DNA of 64,000 nt, from contig JBILPK010000002.1 in assembly GCA_044373875.1 (NCBI GenBank), positions 65-64,064 of the forward strand. Direction: 5' to 3'. Position 1 is the first letter of the stretch. The number at the start of each line of letters is the position of its first letter. The DNA comes from Polymorphobacter sp. (GTDB taxonomy: Bacteria > Pseudomonadota > Alphaproteobacteria > Sphingomonadales > Sphingomonadaceae). This document shows, one piece after another, positions 43,997-55,496 of the stretch. The position numbers and the translations under genes were made by a program. The notes under the pieces were generated by a model that was not told the DNA's origin, made no database searches, and saw nothing but the letters and a program-made list of their open reading frames with translations.

Positions 43997-44935
43997 ATGA
44001 ACCCGGCGATGATCGCCGTTGCTGCCCTCTATCGCTTCACGCCTTTGCCCGATTGTGCCGCGCTGGTGGCGCCCTTGACAGCGACGGCGCGCGCCAATGG
44101 CATCAAGGGCACGCTGTTGCTCGCCCGCGAAGGCATCAACGGCACGCTGGCCGGGCCGCCCGCCGGCATGGACGCGATGCTTTCCGCGCTGCGCGCCTTG
44201 CCCGGCTGCGAAGCGCTCGAAGTCAAGCATGCCACCGCCGACGCCATGCCTTTCCATCGCCTCAAGGTGCGGGTGAAGCGTGAGATCGTCACCATGGGCC
44301 AGCCTGATATCGATCCGCTGGCCGCCGGCAGCTATGTCGCGCCCGAAGACTGGAACGATTTCATTCGCCAGCCCGGCACGATTCTCATCGACACGCGCAA
44401 CGATTATGAGGTCGCGATCGGCAGTTTTGCCGGCGCCATTGACCCGCAGACGCCGAGTTTTCGCGATTTTCCGGCGTGGTTTCGCGCCAATCGTGACCGG
44501 TTGCTCGCCGGTGACTCGCCGCCGCGCGTCGCGATGTTCTGCACCGGCGGCATCCGCTGCGAAAAATCCACCGCCTTCCTCAAAGCCGAAGGCATCACCG
44601 ACGTGCATCATCTCCACGGCGGCATCCTCAGATATCTCGAAACAATGCCGCCCGAGGACAGCCTGTGGCAGGGTGAATGCTTCGTTTTCGACGAGCGGGT
44701 GAGCGTCGGCCATGGCCTCACCCCCGGCACGCACCAACTCTGCCGCGCCTGCCGCCGCCCGGTCGGGGCCGCCGACCGGGCCTCGCCGCTCTATGAGGAG
44801 GGCGTCAGCTGCCCCGCCTGCCACGCCAGCCGCAGCGACGACCAGCGCGCCGGCTATCGCGAACGCCACCGCCAGGAGCAACTCGCCGCGGCGCGCGGGG
44901 TCCTGCATGTCGGGGCGACCCTGCCCGAGCCATGA
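43997..44935 (+). CDS. trhO: Rhodanese-domain protein, tRNA uridine(34) hydroxylase (UPF0176/YceA family)
   Basis: AALYRFTPL......L......GIKGTLLLAREGINGTLAG; rhodanese active-site loop MFCTGGIRCEKSTAFL; C-terminal CRACRRP...CPAC cysteine pairs. Confidence 0.85.
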   Translation: MNPAMIAVAALYRFTPLPDCAALVAPLTATARANGIKGTLLLAREGINGTLAGPPAGMDAMLSALRALPGCEALEVKHATADAMPFHRLKVRVKREIVTMGQPDIDPLAAGSYVAPEDWNDFIRQPGTILIDTRNDYEVAIGSFAGAIDPQTPSFRDFPAWFRANRDRLLAGDSPPRVAMFCTGGIRCEKSTAFLKAEGITDVHHLHGGILRYLETMPPEDSLWQGECFVFDERVSVGHGLTPGTHQLCRACRRPVGAADRASPLYEEGVSCPACHASRSDDQRAGYRERHRQEQLAAARGVLHVGATLPEP

Positions 44936-45540
44936 CGCCAACCCTCTACAGCTTCCGCCGCTGCCCCTATGCGATGCGCGCCCGCATGGCGCTGATCATC
45001 AGCGAAACGGTGTTCGCGCTCGTCGAAGTCAGGCTATCGGCCAAGCCCGAGGCGCTACTGGCGGCGTCACCCAAGGGCACCGTGCCGGTGCTGGTGCTCC
45101 CCGATGGCCGCGTCATCGACGAAAGCCTCGACATCATGGACTGGGCGCTGGCGCGGCATGACCCGGAGAACTGGCTGTCGAACGTCGATCCGGCGCTCAT
45201 CGCTGCCAATGACGGCCCTTTCAAACACCATCTCGACCGCTACAAATACCCGCAGCGGCATGGCAGCGACCCGCTTGCGCACCGCGATGCCGGGCTTGCC
45301 ATCCTAGCCGGTCTCGAACGTCGCCTTGCCGCCGCGCCGCAACTCGGTGGCAACAGACCGGGTTTCACCGATATCGCGCTCTTCCCCTTCGTCCGCCAGT
45401 TCGCCGCCACCGACGCCGCCTGGTTCACGGCACAACCGCTGCCGGCGCTGCACGCCTGGTTGGCGGGGCATGTCGCGTCGTCGCTGTTCGCCACCACGAT
45501 GCGGCGCGACAGCATCGGCCCGCCTCAGTCCGGCTTGTAG
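44932..45540 (+). CDS. Glutathione S-transferase-family protein
   Basis: The thioredoxin-like N-domain LYSFRRCPYAMRARMALIISE...VEVRLSAKPEALLAASPKGTVPVLVLPDGRVIDESLDIMDWAL is present. The start overlaps the trhO stop (ATGA). Confidence 0.75.
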   Translation: MTPTLYSFRRCPYAMRARMALIISETVFALVEVRLSAKPEALLAASPKGTVPVLVLPDGRVIDESLDIMDWALARHDPENWLSNVDPALIAANDGPFKHHLDRYKYPQRHGSDPLAHRDAGLAILAGLERRLAAAPQLGGNRPGFTDIALFPFVRQFAATDAAWFTAQPLPALHAWLAGHVASSLFATTMRRDSIGPPQSGL

Positions 45541-46285
45541 CTGACCGCCATGCCATCGCGGACATCCTGCTGGATGCCATAGGCCGGGAAGGGGTAGCGC
45601 AGGCCGTTCTTGGCCAGCGCCGCCATGCCGGCGAGCGCGATTTCGAGATATTCGGGGGGCGTCGCCATCAGCATCTCGTCATCCTGCACCCCGCCATAAC
45701 GGCGTTCGGCGTAACAGGGGATCGACAGGCTGGGCAGGCGGGTGGTCAGCGCCCGGCCCCAGGAATCGGCGCAGGCGGATTCGCCGACACAGCTCCAGTC
45801 GAACCTTTTGTAGCCCGCCCATTGCAGCCCGTTGATGAAATAGATCATCGCGCCCGGCGTCGCATAAAACAGCGCGATATCGGGCCGCGTCAGCTTGCCG
45901 CCGGCCAGCGGCCCCACCGCCAGCGCCTCGTAACGGCCATCGGGCACACAGGTCATCGCCGCCTGATGCGCGGCGGCATCGGCATCGCCGGCAAACCATA
46001 CCCCCTGCATGTGTTTGCCCGATTGCCACGCCGCGGTCTTGGCGGCGCCCAGCCCGACGACGGCGCGGCACTGGTCACCGACCAGATCATCCGCCGTCAC
46101 CCCGACCGTCCAGCCCAGTCGCGCCGCCTGGCCGACGATCTGGTCGAGCGTATGTACCGCCTTGGGCCGGCGGATGCGCGGTACCGCTTCCATGTCGGCA
46201 CAGCTTTCGAACATCTGCATGGCGAAGGGAATCGAGCGCAGTCGCAGCACCCGCTCCAGATCTGCCGCGACGCCGCCCCAGTCGG

Positions 46286-46289
<4 letters not shown>
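45525..46289 (-). CDS. DUF169-family protein (COG2043-like)
   Basis: LRLRSIPFAMQMFES...PK.VHTLDQIVGQAARLGWTVGVTADDLVGDQC...PCYAERRYGG resembles DUF169 (family recalled from memory). I prefer GTG 46289, which overlaps the upstream stop as GTGA. The tracked ORF starts at TTG 46304. Confidence 0.6.
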
Positions 46290-49516
<3,227 letters not shown>

Positions 49517-49574
49517 GAAGTGACCTCTGGCTGGAACCGGCGCAGCATAGCCGCCGCGGCCGGCACGTCACCTG

Positions 49575-50018
49575 TCAATCGCTACCATTATCGCCCCGGC
49601 CCTGCGCCGTAAGCCGCTGGATCGCCCCCATCAGCGCCGCCGTGGCAATCGCGAACATCAGCAGCCCGGTCATCGCCTCGATCGGCGCGAGCAGCCGCGC
49701 CCGGCCGGTCAGCAGCACATCGCCATAGCCCAGCGAGGTAAAAGTGACCCCCGAGAAATACAGCGCCTCCTCGAACGAGGCCAAGGCACCGCCCAGCCAG
49801 TAGAGCAGCGCCCAGGCGAGCATCTGCGCCAGGATGCCGAGCGCCACCACGAGCAGCAGCACCGACAGCCGGTAATAGGTCAGCAGCCGGCGGCGAAACC
49901 CGGTCGACACCGCATCCCGGCCCGTGACCCGGCGGAACCAAGCCAGCGCATAAAGTGCCGCCACCGATTGCAGGCCAAGGCAGACCACCATCAGGGCGAG
50001 GCCGACAAGCAGGATCAT
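49575..50018 (-). CDS. Minimal potassium channel (147 aa) with a canonical selectivity filter
   Basis: The pore helix plus filter is SFEEALYFSGVTFTSLGYGD. It is flanked by TM helices LSVLLLVVALGILAQMLAWALLYWL and LLAPIEAMTGLLMFAIATAALMGAI. There is an extra N-terminal TM and no RCK or ligand domain. The start overlaps the upstream stop (ATGA). Confidence 0.85.
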   Translation of the reverse strand: MILLVGLALMVVCLGLQSVAALYALAWFRRVTGRDAVSTGFRRRLLTYYRLSVLLLVVALGILAQMLAWALLYWLGGALASFEEALYFSGVTFTSLGYGDVLLTGRARLLAPIEAMTGLLMFAIATAALMGAIQRLTAQGRGDNGSD

Positions 50019-51019
50019 CGCGCCACCAGCCGCCGCGCCCGCGCCGTATCGAGCAGCGCCACCATCGTCGCGGCATAAAGCGACAGGCCGATGAACATGG
50101 CGATGCGGGTCAACATCTGGCGGCCGATATCGGTGGCATTGGCGCCATCCTCCACCGCCGGCCCCAGGATGATGATCATCGTCACCAGCGCATTCTGCCA
50201 ATGGCTGAAACGGTGTTTCGACATGACCGCGCCATACATCGGCCGCGCCAGCAGCAGCGTCGCCAGCATCAGCAGCAGCACCAGCAGCGGCAGCGCCGGC
50301 CACATGCCGAGCACCCACCAGATCGCCATGGCAAGCGCCCCGCCGGTGACGGTCGACAGCACCAGTTCGCGCGCCATGACGCGGGTATCGGTCGCCTGCA
50401 CCTGCTGCGACAGCTGGGCGCCCTTCATCAGCAGCATGATATAGGTGCCGGGGTTGTTGAGCGCCATCAGCAGCGGCGGCAGCATGATCAGCGCCGAGCG
50501 CAGCCCGATCCACGCCGCATCGGCCGTCGTTGCCGCCGGGCGCGGTGGCGGCGGCTCGGTTTCGGGCAGCAGCGCATGGGCGACATGGGCGATGATCACC
50601 GCCAGCACCGTCGCCAGCACCATCAGTTGCAGCAGGATCAGCCCTGCCGCCGATGATTGCTGGCCGATGACGGCGATGATCGTATTGCCAAGGATCATCA
50701 GCGTGCCGACGATTGCCACCGCCGGCCGCGTCGTCAGCGCCGAGGCGACGCCGATACCGAGCAGCAGGATCAGCACACCCGCCAGCGGTACCCCGGCGAG
50801 CACCGGCCCGAGCAGCAGCCCCCAGCCGCACATCACCACCATCAGCACGATCAGGATCAGCGCCTGTTTCGGCCCCGGCGGCGGATTGGGCACCACCAGC
50901 AGCGTCGCCGACAGGATGACGACGAGATAGGCAAAGGGCAGCCCCTTGCCCCAGGCGATCGCCGCCGCGATGCCGACGCCGAGCGCCAGCCGCAGGCAGC
51001 GCCGCGCGACGGGACTCAA
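50015..51019 (-). CDS. Polytopic inner-membrane protein, FUSC-like (DUF2955-type)
   Basis: RRCLRLALGVGIAAAIAWGKGLPFAYLVVILSATLLVVPNPPPGP... followed by about 8 hydrophobic helices. TTG start with AGGAG 7 nt upstream. The family assignment rests on recalled resemblance and on the typical pairing with an HlyD-family gene. Confidence 0.6.
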   Translation of the reverse strand: MSPVARRCLRLALGVGIAAAIAWGKGLPFAYLVVILSATLLVVPNPPPGPKQALILIVLMVVMCGWGLLLGPVLAGVPLAGVLILLLGIGVASALTTRPAVAIVGTLMILGNTIIAVIGQQSSAAGLILLQLMVLATVLAVIIAHVAHALLPETEPPPPRPAATTADAAWIGLRSALIMLPPLLMALNNPGTYIMLLMKGAQLSQQVQATDTRVMARELVLSTVTGGALAMAIWWVLGMWPALPLLVLLLMLATLLLARPMYGAVMSKHRFSHWQNALVTMIIILGPAVEDGANATDIGRQMLTRIAMFIGLSLYAATMVALLDTARARRLVAR

Positions 51020-51031
51020 GGGTGCTCCTGC

Positions 51032-52135
51032 TCAATAGGCATAGGACAGATAGCCCATGATCCGAATGTAGAGCCGGCCGAGCGCGTTCATCACCGCATG
51101 GTCGCCGGTGTAGATGACGACTTCGGCCTGGCCGCCCTCGCGCAGGCCGCGCAGGCTGGCGAGCTGGTCGCGATCGAACTCGATGATCACCGGGAAACGC
51201 TGCGCTTGGCGAAGGAAATCGCGGTTGTTCTGCACATCGGGCAGGCTGCCGGGCTGGCTCTTGCCGCCGCTGGCGACGCCATAGCCCAGGCTGCGTACCC
51301 GCCCGGTCAGGATCGTCCCCGGAAAGGCATCGAGCACCGCTTCGACCTTCTGCCCCGGCTCGACCAGCCCGATATTGTTTTCGGTCAGGTCGGCCGTCAC
51401 CCAGCCGTCGTGCACCGCGATGAAGGTCATCACGCCATTGCCGGCGCCGGCCATCGTGCCGATGTCGGTCTTCAGATCGGTGACCAGCCCGTCGCCGGGC
51501 GCCACAACGGTGGTGCGGCCGAGATCGAGATTGGCGCGCTCGAGCGCACTGCGCGCCGCGATCAGCCGGTCATTGGCATCGCCATTGTCGCCCCGCGCGG
51601 CGCGCGCCTGTTCGACCTGGGCGGCGGCGGCGCGCACCCGCGCTTCGGACTGGGTACGCGAGGCGCGCGCCACTTCCAGCCGGCGCACCGACAATGCGCC
51701 GGGGTCTTCGCGATAGATGCGGTCGTAGCGGGCGCTTTCCTGGGTATCCTTGACCAATTCGGCCTGCGCCACCGCGAGATTGGCGAGCGCGACGGTGATG
51801 CCGGCTTCCTGCGCGCGCAGCTCGCGCTCGGTGGCGCTGATATCGGCCTGGGCCTTTTGCGCCGCGATGCGGAAATTGTCGGCGCCCAGCGTGAACAGCG
51901 GCTGGCCCTTTTTCACCAGCTGGTTGTTGCGGACGTGCACTTTTTCGATGCGCCCGCCGACTTCGGGCGCAATAGCCACCACATAGGCATGGACCCGCGC
52001 CTGGCTGCTGTAGGGGGTCAGCCGGTCGCCGATCAGGTGGAGCGCCAGCAGAAGAAGAATGATCGCAACCAGCGCGAGCCCGGCGTTGCGGGTGGTTTTC
52101 GCCGCAGGAGCGGGGCTTTCAGGCGCGTCGGTCAT
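51032..52135 (-). CDS. HlyD-family membrane fusion (periplasmic adaptor) protein, EmrA-like
   Basis: Single TM LALVAIILLLLALHLI. Lipoyl-like motif: YVVAIAPEVGGRIEKVHVRNNQLVKKGQPLFTL. A coiled-coil region and a beta-barrel tail follow. The start overlaps the OMF stop (ATGA). Confidence 0.9.
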   Translation of the reverse strand: MTDAPESPAPAAKTTRNAGLALVAIILLLLALHLIGDRLTPYSSQARVHAYVVAIAPEVGGRIEKVHVRNNQLVKKGQPLFTLGADNFRIAAQKAQADISATERELRAQEAGITVALANLAVAQAELVKDTQESARYDRIYREDPGALSVRRLEVARASRTQSEARVRAAAAQVEQARAARGDNGDANDRLIAARSALERANLDLGRTTVVAPGDGLVTDLKTDIGTMAGAGNGVMTFIAVHDGWVTADLTENNIGLVEPGQKVEAVLDAFPGTILTGRVRSLGYGVASGGKSQPGSLPDVQNNRDFLRQAQRFPVIIEFDRDQLASLRGLREGGQAEVVIYTGDHAVMNALGRLYIRIMGYLSYAY

Positions 52136-53670
52136 GGTTGTTTCCCGGTCGGCTGGGCGGGGGGGGCGAGCAATTTGCCCCAATCGGTGCGCGCGGCCAT
52201 GGCGGCGCGCGTCGCGGCATCGGCGAAATCGGCCTCGGTCGCGCCGATCAGGCCGCCGCCGAGCGCCTTGTGCAGCGCCACCATGTCGGTCGCGACCTGG
52301 CCGCGGTTGCTGATATAGCGGTCCTGTTGGCGCAGCAGCGCCGCCTGGGCATCGAGCACGCGCTGGAAATCCTGGAGGCCTTCGCGATAGCGCAGCGTCG
52401 CCAGATCGAGCGAGCGCTTCGCCGCCGCCTGGGATTGCGCCAGAATGTCATTCTCCTCGCGGTTCTTGACGAGCGCGATGGCGCTGCTGTCGACTTCGGT
52501 CGCGGCCTGCAGCACCGTGTCGCGATAGGCGGCGAGCGTCTGCTGGAACCGCGCGTCCTGCACTCGGACATTGTTGCGGATGCGCCCGAGATCGAGAAAA
52601 TTCCAGCGCAGCGACGGCCCGATGCCGAAATCGACACTGTTCGACAGCCCGCCGAGCGAGGTGCGCGTCACCCCCAGCGAGCCGACCAGCGACAGCGAGG
52701 GGTAAAGCTCGGCGCGCGCCAGCCCGATCTGCGCCGATTGCGCCCCGGCGCGCAGTGCGGCAGCGCGGACATCGGGGCGGCGGCGCAACAGATCGGCGGG
52801 AATATCGGCGGCAATCACTGCGGGCAGCACCGGCAGCTGCGGCGGTGACAGCGCCAGTTCGGGCAGGTCCCCCGGCGCGCGGCCGAGGAGCAGCGTCAGG
52901 CCGTTACGGGTCTGGATGATGCCGGCTTCCAATTCCGGAATCGCCGCCTGGGTGCTCAGCAACTGGGTACGCGCCTGCTGGACATCCAATTCGCTTTCGG
53001 CGCCTTCACGGAACAGCCGCTCGGTGATCTCGACGCTGCGTTCCTGCAGCGCCATGTTGCTTTTCAGCACCGCCAGCCGTTCTTCCAGCGTGCGTTCCGA
53101 CAGGTACAGCCGCGCCACCTCGCTGCGCAGGATGATGGCGAAATCCTCGTAATTGGCGATCGAGGCGAAATAGGCGGCATCGGCCGATTCGATGCCGCGC
53201 CGGAATCGCCCCCAGAAATCGATTTCCCAACCGGCGCTGACGCCGACGCTGCCATAGAGGAAATCATTGCGGGCGATCGGCAAATTGCCCTTGGCGCTGC
53301 CGCCATAGCCTGCCGCGGCGGTGCCGACGAACGCCTGCGGGCTGCGCGCCGCCTGCACGCCGGCCAGTTGCGCCCGCGCTTCGAGCACGCGCAGCCCGGC
53401 GACCTTGAGACTGTTGTTCCCCGCCACCGCCGCGGTGACCAGCGCATCGAGCGCCGGATCATGAAACTGCAGCCACCAGGCGCCATCGGCGGGACCGGTG
53501 GTGACCAGCCCGAGCGACGGGCTGCGCCAATCCTTGTCGATCCCCGCTTCGGGGGCGGCGAAATCCGGCCCCAGCGTCGTGCACCCTGCCAGCGCCAGAG
53601 CGCCGGCCAGCAGTGCCGCCCGCCGCAGCCCGGCCTTCACGCCGGCGAACGGCGGCGCCTTTGTGTTCAC
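52132..53670 (-). CDS. Efflux outer-membrane factor lipoprotein, NodT family
   Basis: Lipobox LLAGALALAGC-TTLGPDF. There are two OEP repeats. GTG start at 53670 overlaps the AI-2E gene stop (GTGA). The longer tracked start (53874) would overlap the upstream gene by 200 nt. Confidence 0.9.
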   Translation of the reverse strand: MNTKAPPFAGVKAGLRRAALLAGALALAGCTTLGPDFAAPEAGIDKDWRSPSLGLVTTGPADGAWWLQFHDPALDALVTAAVAGNNSLKVAGLRVLEARAQLAGVQAARSPQAFVGTAAAGYGGSAKGNLPIARNDFLYGSVGVSAGWEIDFWGRFRRGIESADAAYFASIANYEDFAIILRSEVARLYLSERTLEERLAVLKSNMALQERSVEITERLFREGAESELDVQQARTQLLSTQAAIPELEAGIIQTRNGLTLLLGRAPGDLPELALSPPQLPVLPAVIAADIPADLLRRRPDVRAAALRAGAQSAQIGLARAELYPSLSLVGSLGVTRTSLGGLSNSVDFGIGPSLRWNFLDLGRIRNNVRVQDARFQQTLAAYRDTVLQAATEVDSSAIALVKNREENDILAQSQAAAKRSLDLATLRYREGLQDFQRVLDAQAALLRQQDRYISNRGQVATDMVALHKALGGGLIGATEADFADAATRAAMAARTDWGKLLAPPAQPTGKQP

Positions 53671-54746
53671 GCCGGCGTGCCGCCGCGCAGCCAATCGAGA
53701 AACAGCACATAGCCGACCCCGAGCAGCACCGGCCCGACGAACAGCCCGACCAGCCCGTCGGCGAGCATGCCGCCGATCACGCCGATGAGGATCACCGGCA
53801 TCGGCACTTCCAGCCCGCGGCCGAGCATCAGCGGCTTCAGGATATTGTCGCTCGCTCCGGCGATCAGCGTCCACACCGCAAAGATCGTCGCGGTGGTGGT
53901 CGATTGCGTCGAAAACGCCCAGCCGATGGCGGGCAAGGCGATGATCAGCGCCGGAATCTGGATGATGCCGATCAGCAGCGCCAGCCCCGCCGCCGCCCCG
54001 GCAAAGGGCAGCCCGACGGCAAAGAAACCGATGCCGAGCAGCACCGCCTGCACGAACGCCACGCCGACGACACCCTGCAGGACACCGCGCACCGTCGCCG
54101 CGCTCAACCGTACCAGCCGCGCCCCGCGCTCGATATCGCCGGTGATGCGGGCGAAAATGTCGTGGATCAGCACGCCGCCCGAATCCCCCCAGGCCAGCAT
54201 CATCGCCGAAACGACGAGCGCCCCGATCATCGCGAAGACATCACCGAGCAGCCCGGCGGCAAAGCCCCCCAGCTTGGTCGCCAGCGTCTTGAGCAGCGGC
54301 GCATATTCCTTCAAGAGCGCCGGCATGTTGGTGTTGGCGAGGTCCCACACCCGTTGCACGCGCGGGCCGACAAAGGCCATCTTCTGCAGCCATTCGGGCA
54401 GCGGCAGCAGTACCAGCCGGTTGGCGCGCCAGGCCTCGAACAGGCCAAAGGCGCTGGTGCCGAGCGATTCGACAGCGAACACGGCGGGCACCAGCAGCAA
54501 CAGCACGCCGGTCACCCCGATCAGCGTTGCCGACCGGCCATTGCTCAGCCCCGGCTTACCGCGCAGCCAGACGTGCAGCGGCCACATCATCACCGCCAGC
54601 AAGGTTCCCCACAGCATGACGCCGAAGAACGGCGCCGCGACGCGGAAACAGGCATAGATCAACGCGGCGACCAGCGTCAGCCGCAGCGCGAGATCGATCC
54701 CCGTCGCCGCCGACAGGCCGGGGCGGGCGGCTTTCGGTTCGATCAT
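53667..54746 (-). CDS. AI-2E (PerM/YdiK) family transporter
   Basis: Polytopic, with the family C-terminal pattern ...LIGIIQIPALIIALPAIGWAF... and PVILIGVIGGMLADGLVGLFVGPVLLGVGYVLF. ATG 54746 has GAAGGGA upstream. The alternative TTG 54767 would overlap the MarC stop (TTGA). Confidence 0.8.
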   Translation of the reverse strand: MIEPKAARPGLSAATGIDLALRLTLVAALIYACFRVAAPFFGVMLWGTLLAVMMWPLHVWLRGKPGLSNGRSATLIGVTGVLLLLVPAVFAVESLGTSAFGLFEAWRANRLVLLPLPEWLQKMAFVGPRVQRVWDLANTNMPALLKEYAPLLKTLATKLGGFAAGLLGDVFAMIGALVVSAMMLAWGDSGGVLIHDIFARITGDIERGARLVRLSAATVRGVLQGVVGVAFVQAVLLGIGFFAVGLPFAGAAAGLALLIGIIQIPALIIALPAIGWAFSTQSTTTATIFAVWTLIAGASDNILKPLMLGRGLEVPMPVILIGVIGGMLADGLVGLFVGPVLLGVGYVLFLDWLRGGTPA

Positions 54747-54763
54747 CGCCGTTCCCTTCGTGA

Positions 54764-55408
54764 TCAATGCGTTGCGGCGGTGGCAGCCGCCGCGATGATG
54801 CCGAATTCGCGCAGCCCCATGACCATCAGTTCCACCGCCAGCGCCGACAGCAGGATGGCGACGATGCGCAACAGCACGCCGGCGACGCCGCTGCTCTTTT
54901 GCGCCGAATTATCACCGCGGTTCATCAGCTTGCCGACGGCGAGCAGGATCGCGAGGTTGACGGCGAGCAGCACGCCGATGGCGATATAGCCATTGATCTT
55001 CGCCGCCATGTCGGGCGCCTTGGCAAAGATGATGACGGTGCCCACGATCGCCTGTGGCGATGCCATCAACGGGACGGCGAGCGGATAGATGGCGATATCG
55101 CCCTTGGGGGCGCCCTCTTCATGGCCATGGTCTTCGCCGAGCACGAGGCCGATCGCGAAGATCAGCAGGATCAGACCGCCGGCAATTTCCAGCCCGCCGA
55201 GCGAGACGTGGAAGAAGTGCAGGATATTCTGCCCGAAAAAGGCAAAGGCATACATCACGACCGCTTGTACCGCGACGGCGCGAAACACCGTGCTGCGCCG
55301 GTCGGCAACCGACATGCCGCCGGCCGCCGCGGCAAAGAAGGCCGCTGCCTTGGTCGCCCCGCCGACCACGAACAGGATCAGCAGTATCGAAACAAAGGTG
55401 AATTCCAT
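54764..55408 (-). CDS. MarC-family (UPF0056/NAAT) integral membrane protein
   Basis: 214 aa with six TMs. Family-typical segments: GGLEIAGGLILLIFAIGLV and IYPLAVPLMASPQAIVGTVIF. Confidence 0.85.
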   Translation of the reverse strand: MEFTFVSILLILFVVGGATKAAAFFAAAAGGMSVADRRSTVFRAVAVQAVVMYAFAFFGQNILHFFHVSLGGLEIAGGLILLIFAIGLVLGEDHGHEEGAPKGDIAIYPLAVPLMASPQAIVGTVIIFAKAPDMAAKINGYIAIGVLLAVNLAILLAVGKLMNRGDNSAQKSSGVAGVLLRIVAILLSALAVELMVMGLREFGIIAAAATAATH

Positions 55409-55453
55409 AACGGCCCCCCGGCTTGTCCGGCCAATCCCCTAGCCAGACCTGTT

Positions 55454-55483
55454 ATTAATGCCCAAGGGTCGAAGGAAATGCAA
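55454..55483 (-). promoter_or_regulatory. Candidate sigma70-type promoter for the six-gene membrane operon
   Basis: The minus strand reads TTGCAT (55483-55478), an 18-nt spacer, then ATTAAT (55459-55454). This sits in one of the few AT-rich patches, 46 nt upstream of the MarC ATG. Confidence 0.3.
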
Positions 55484-55496
55484 TTTTTGCGGCAGT

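Noticed and set aside
51032-53670. HlyD + OMF pair as the type I secretion apparatus for the giant RTX protein
   Set aside because: No ABC exporter with a C39/ATPase domain accompanies them. The adaptor is EmrA-like with a FUSC-like partner, and the locus is 43 kb away. The cognate T1SS is presumably outside this window.
53671-53874. Longer start for the outer-membrane factor (tracked ORF begins at 53874)
   Set aside because: It would overlap the AI-2E gene by about 200 nt and put about 68 Arg/Ala-rich residues before the lipoprotein signal. The GTG at 53670 gives a normal lipobox signal and a GTGA coupling overlap.
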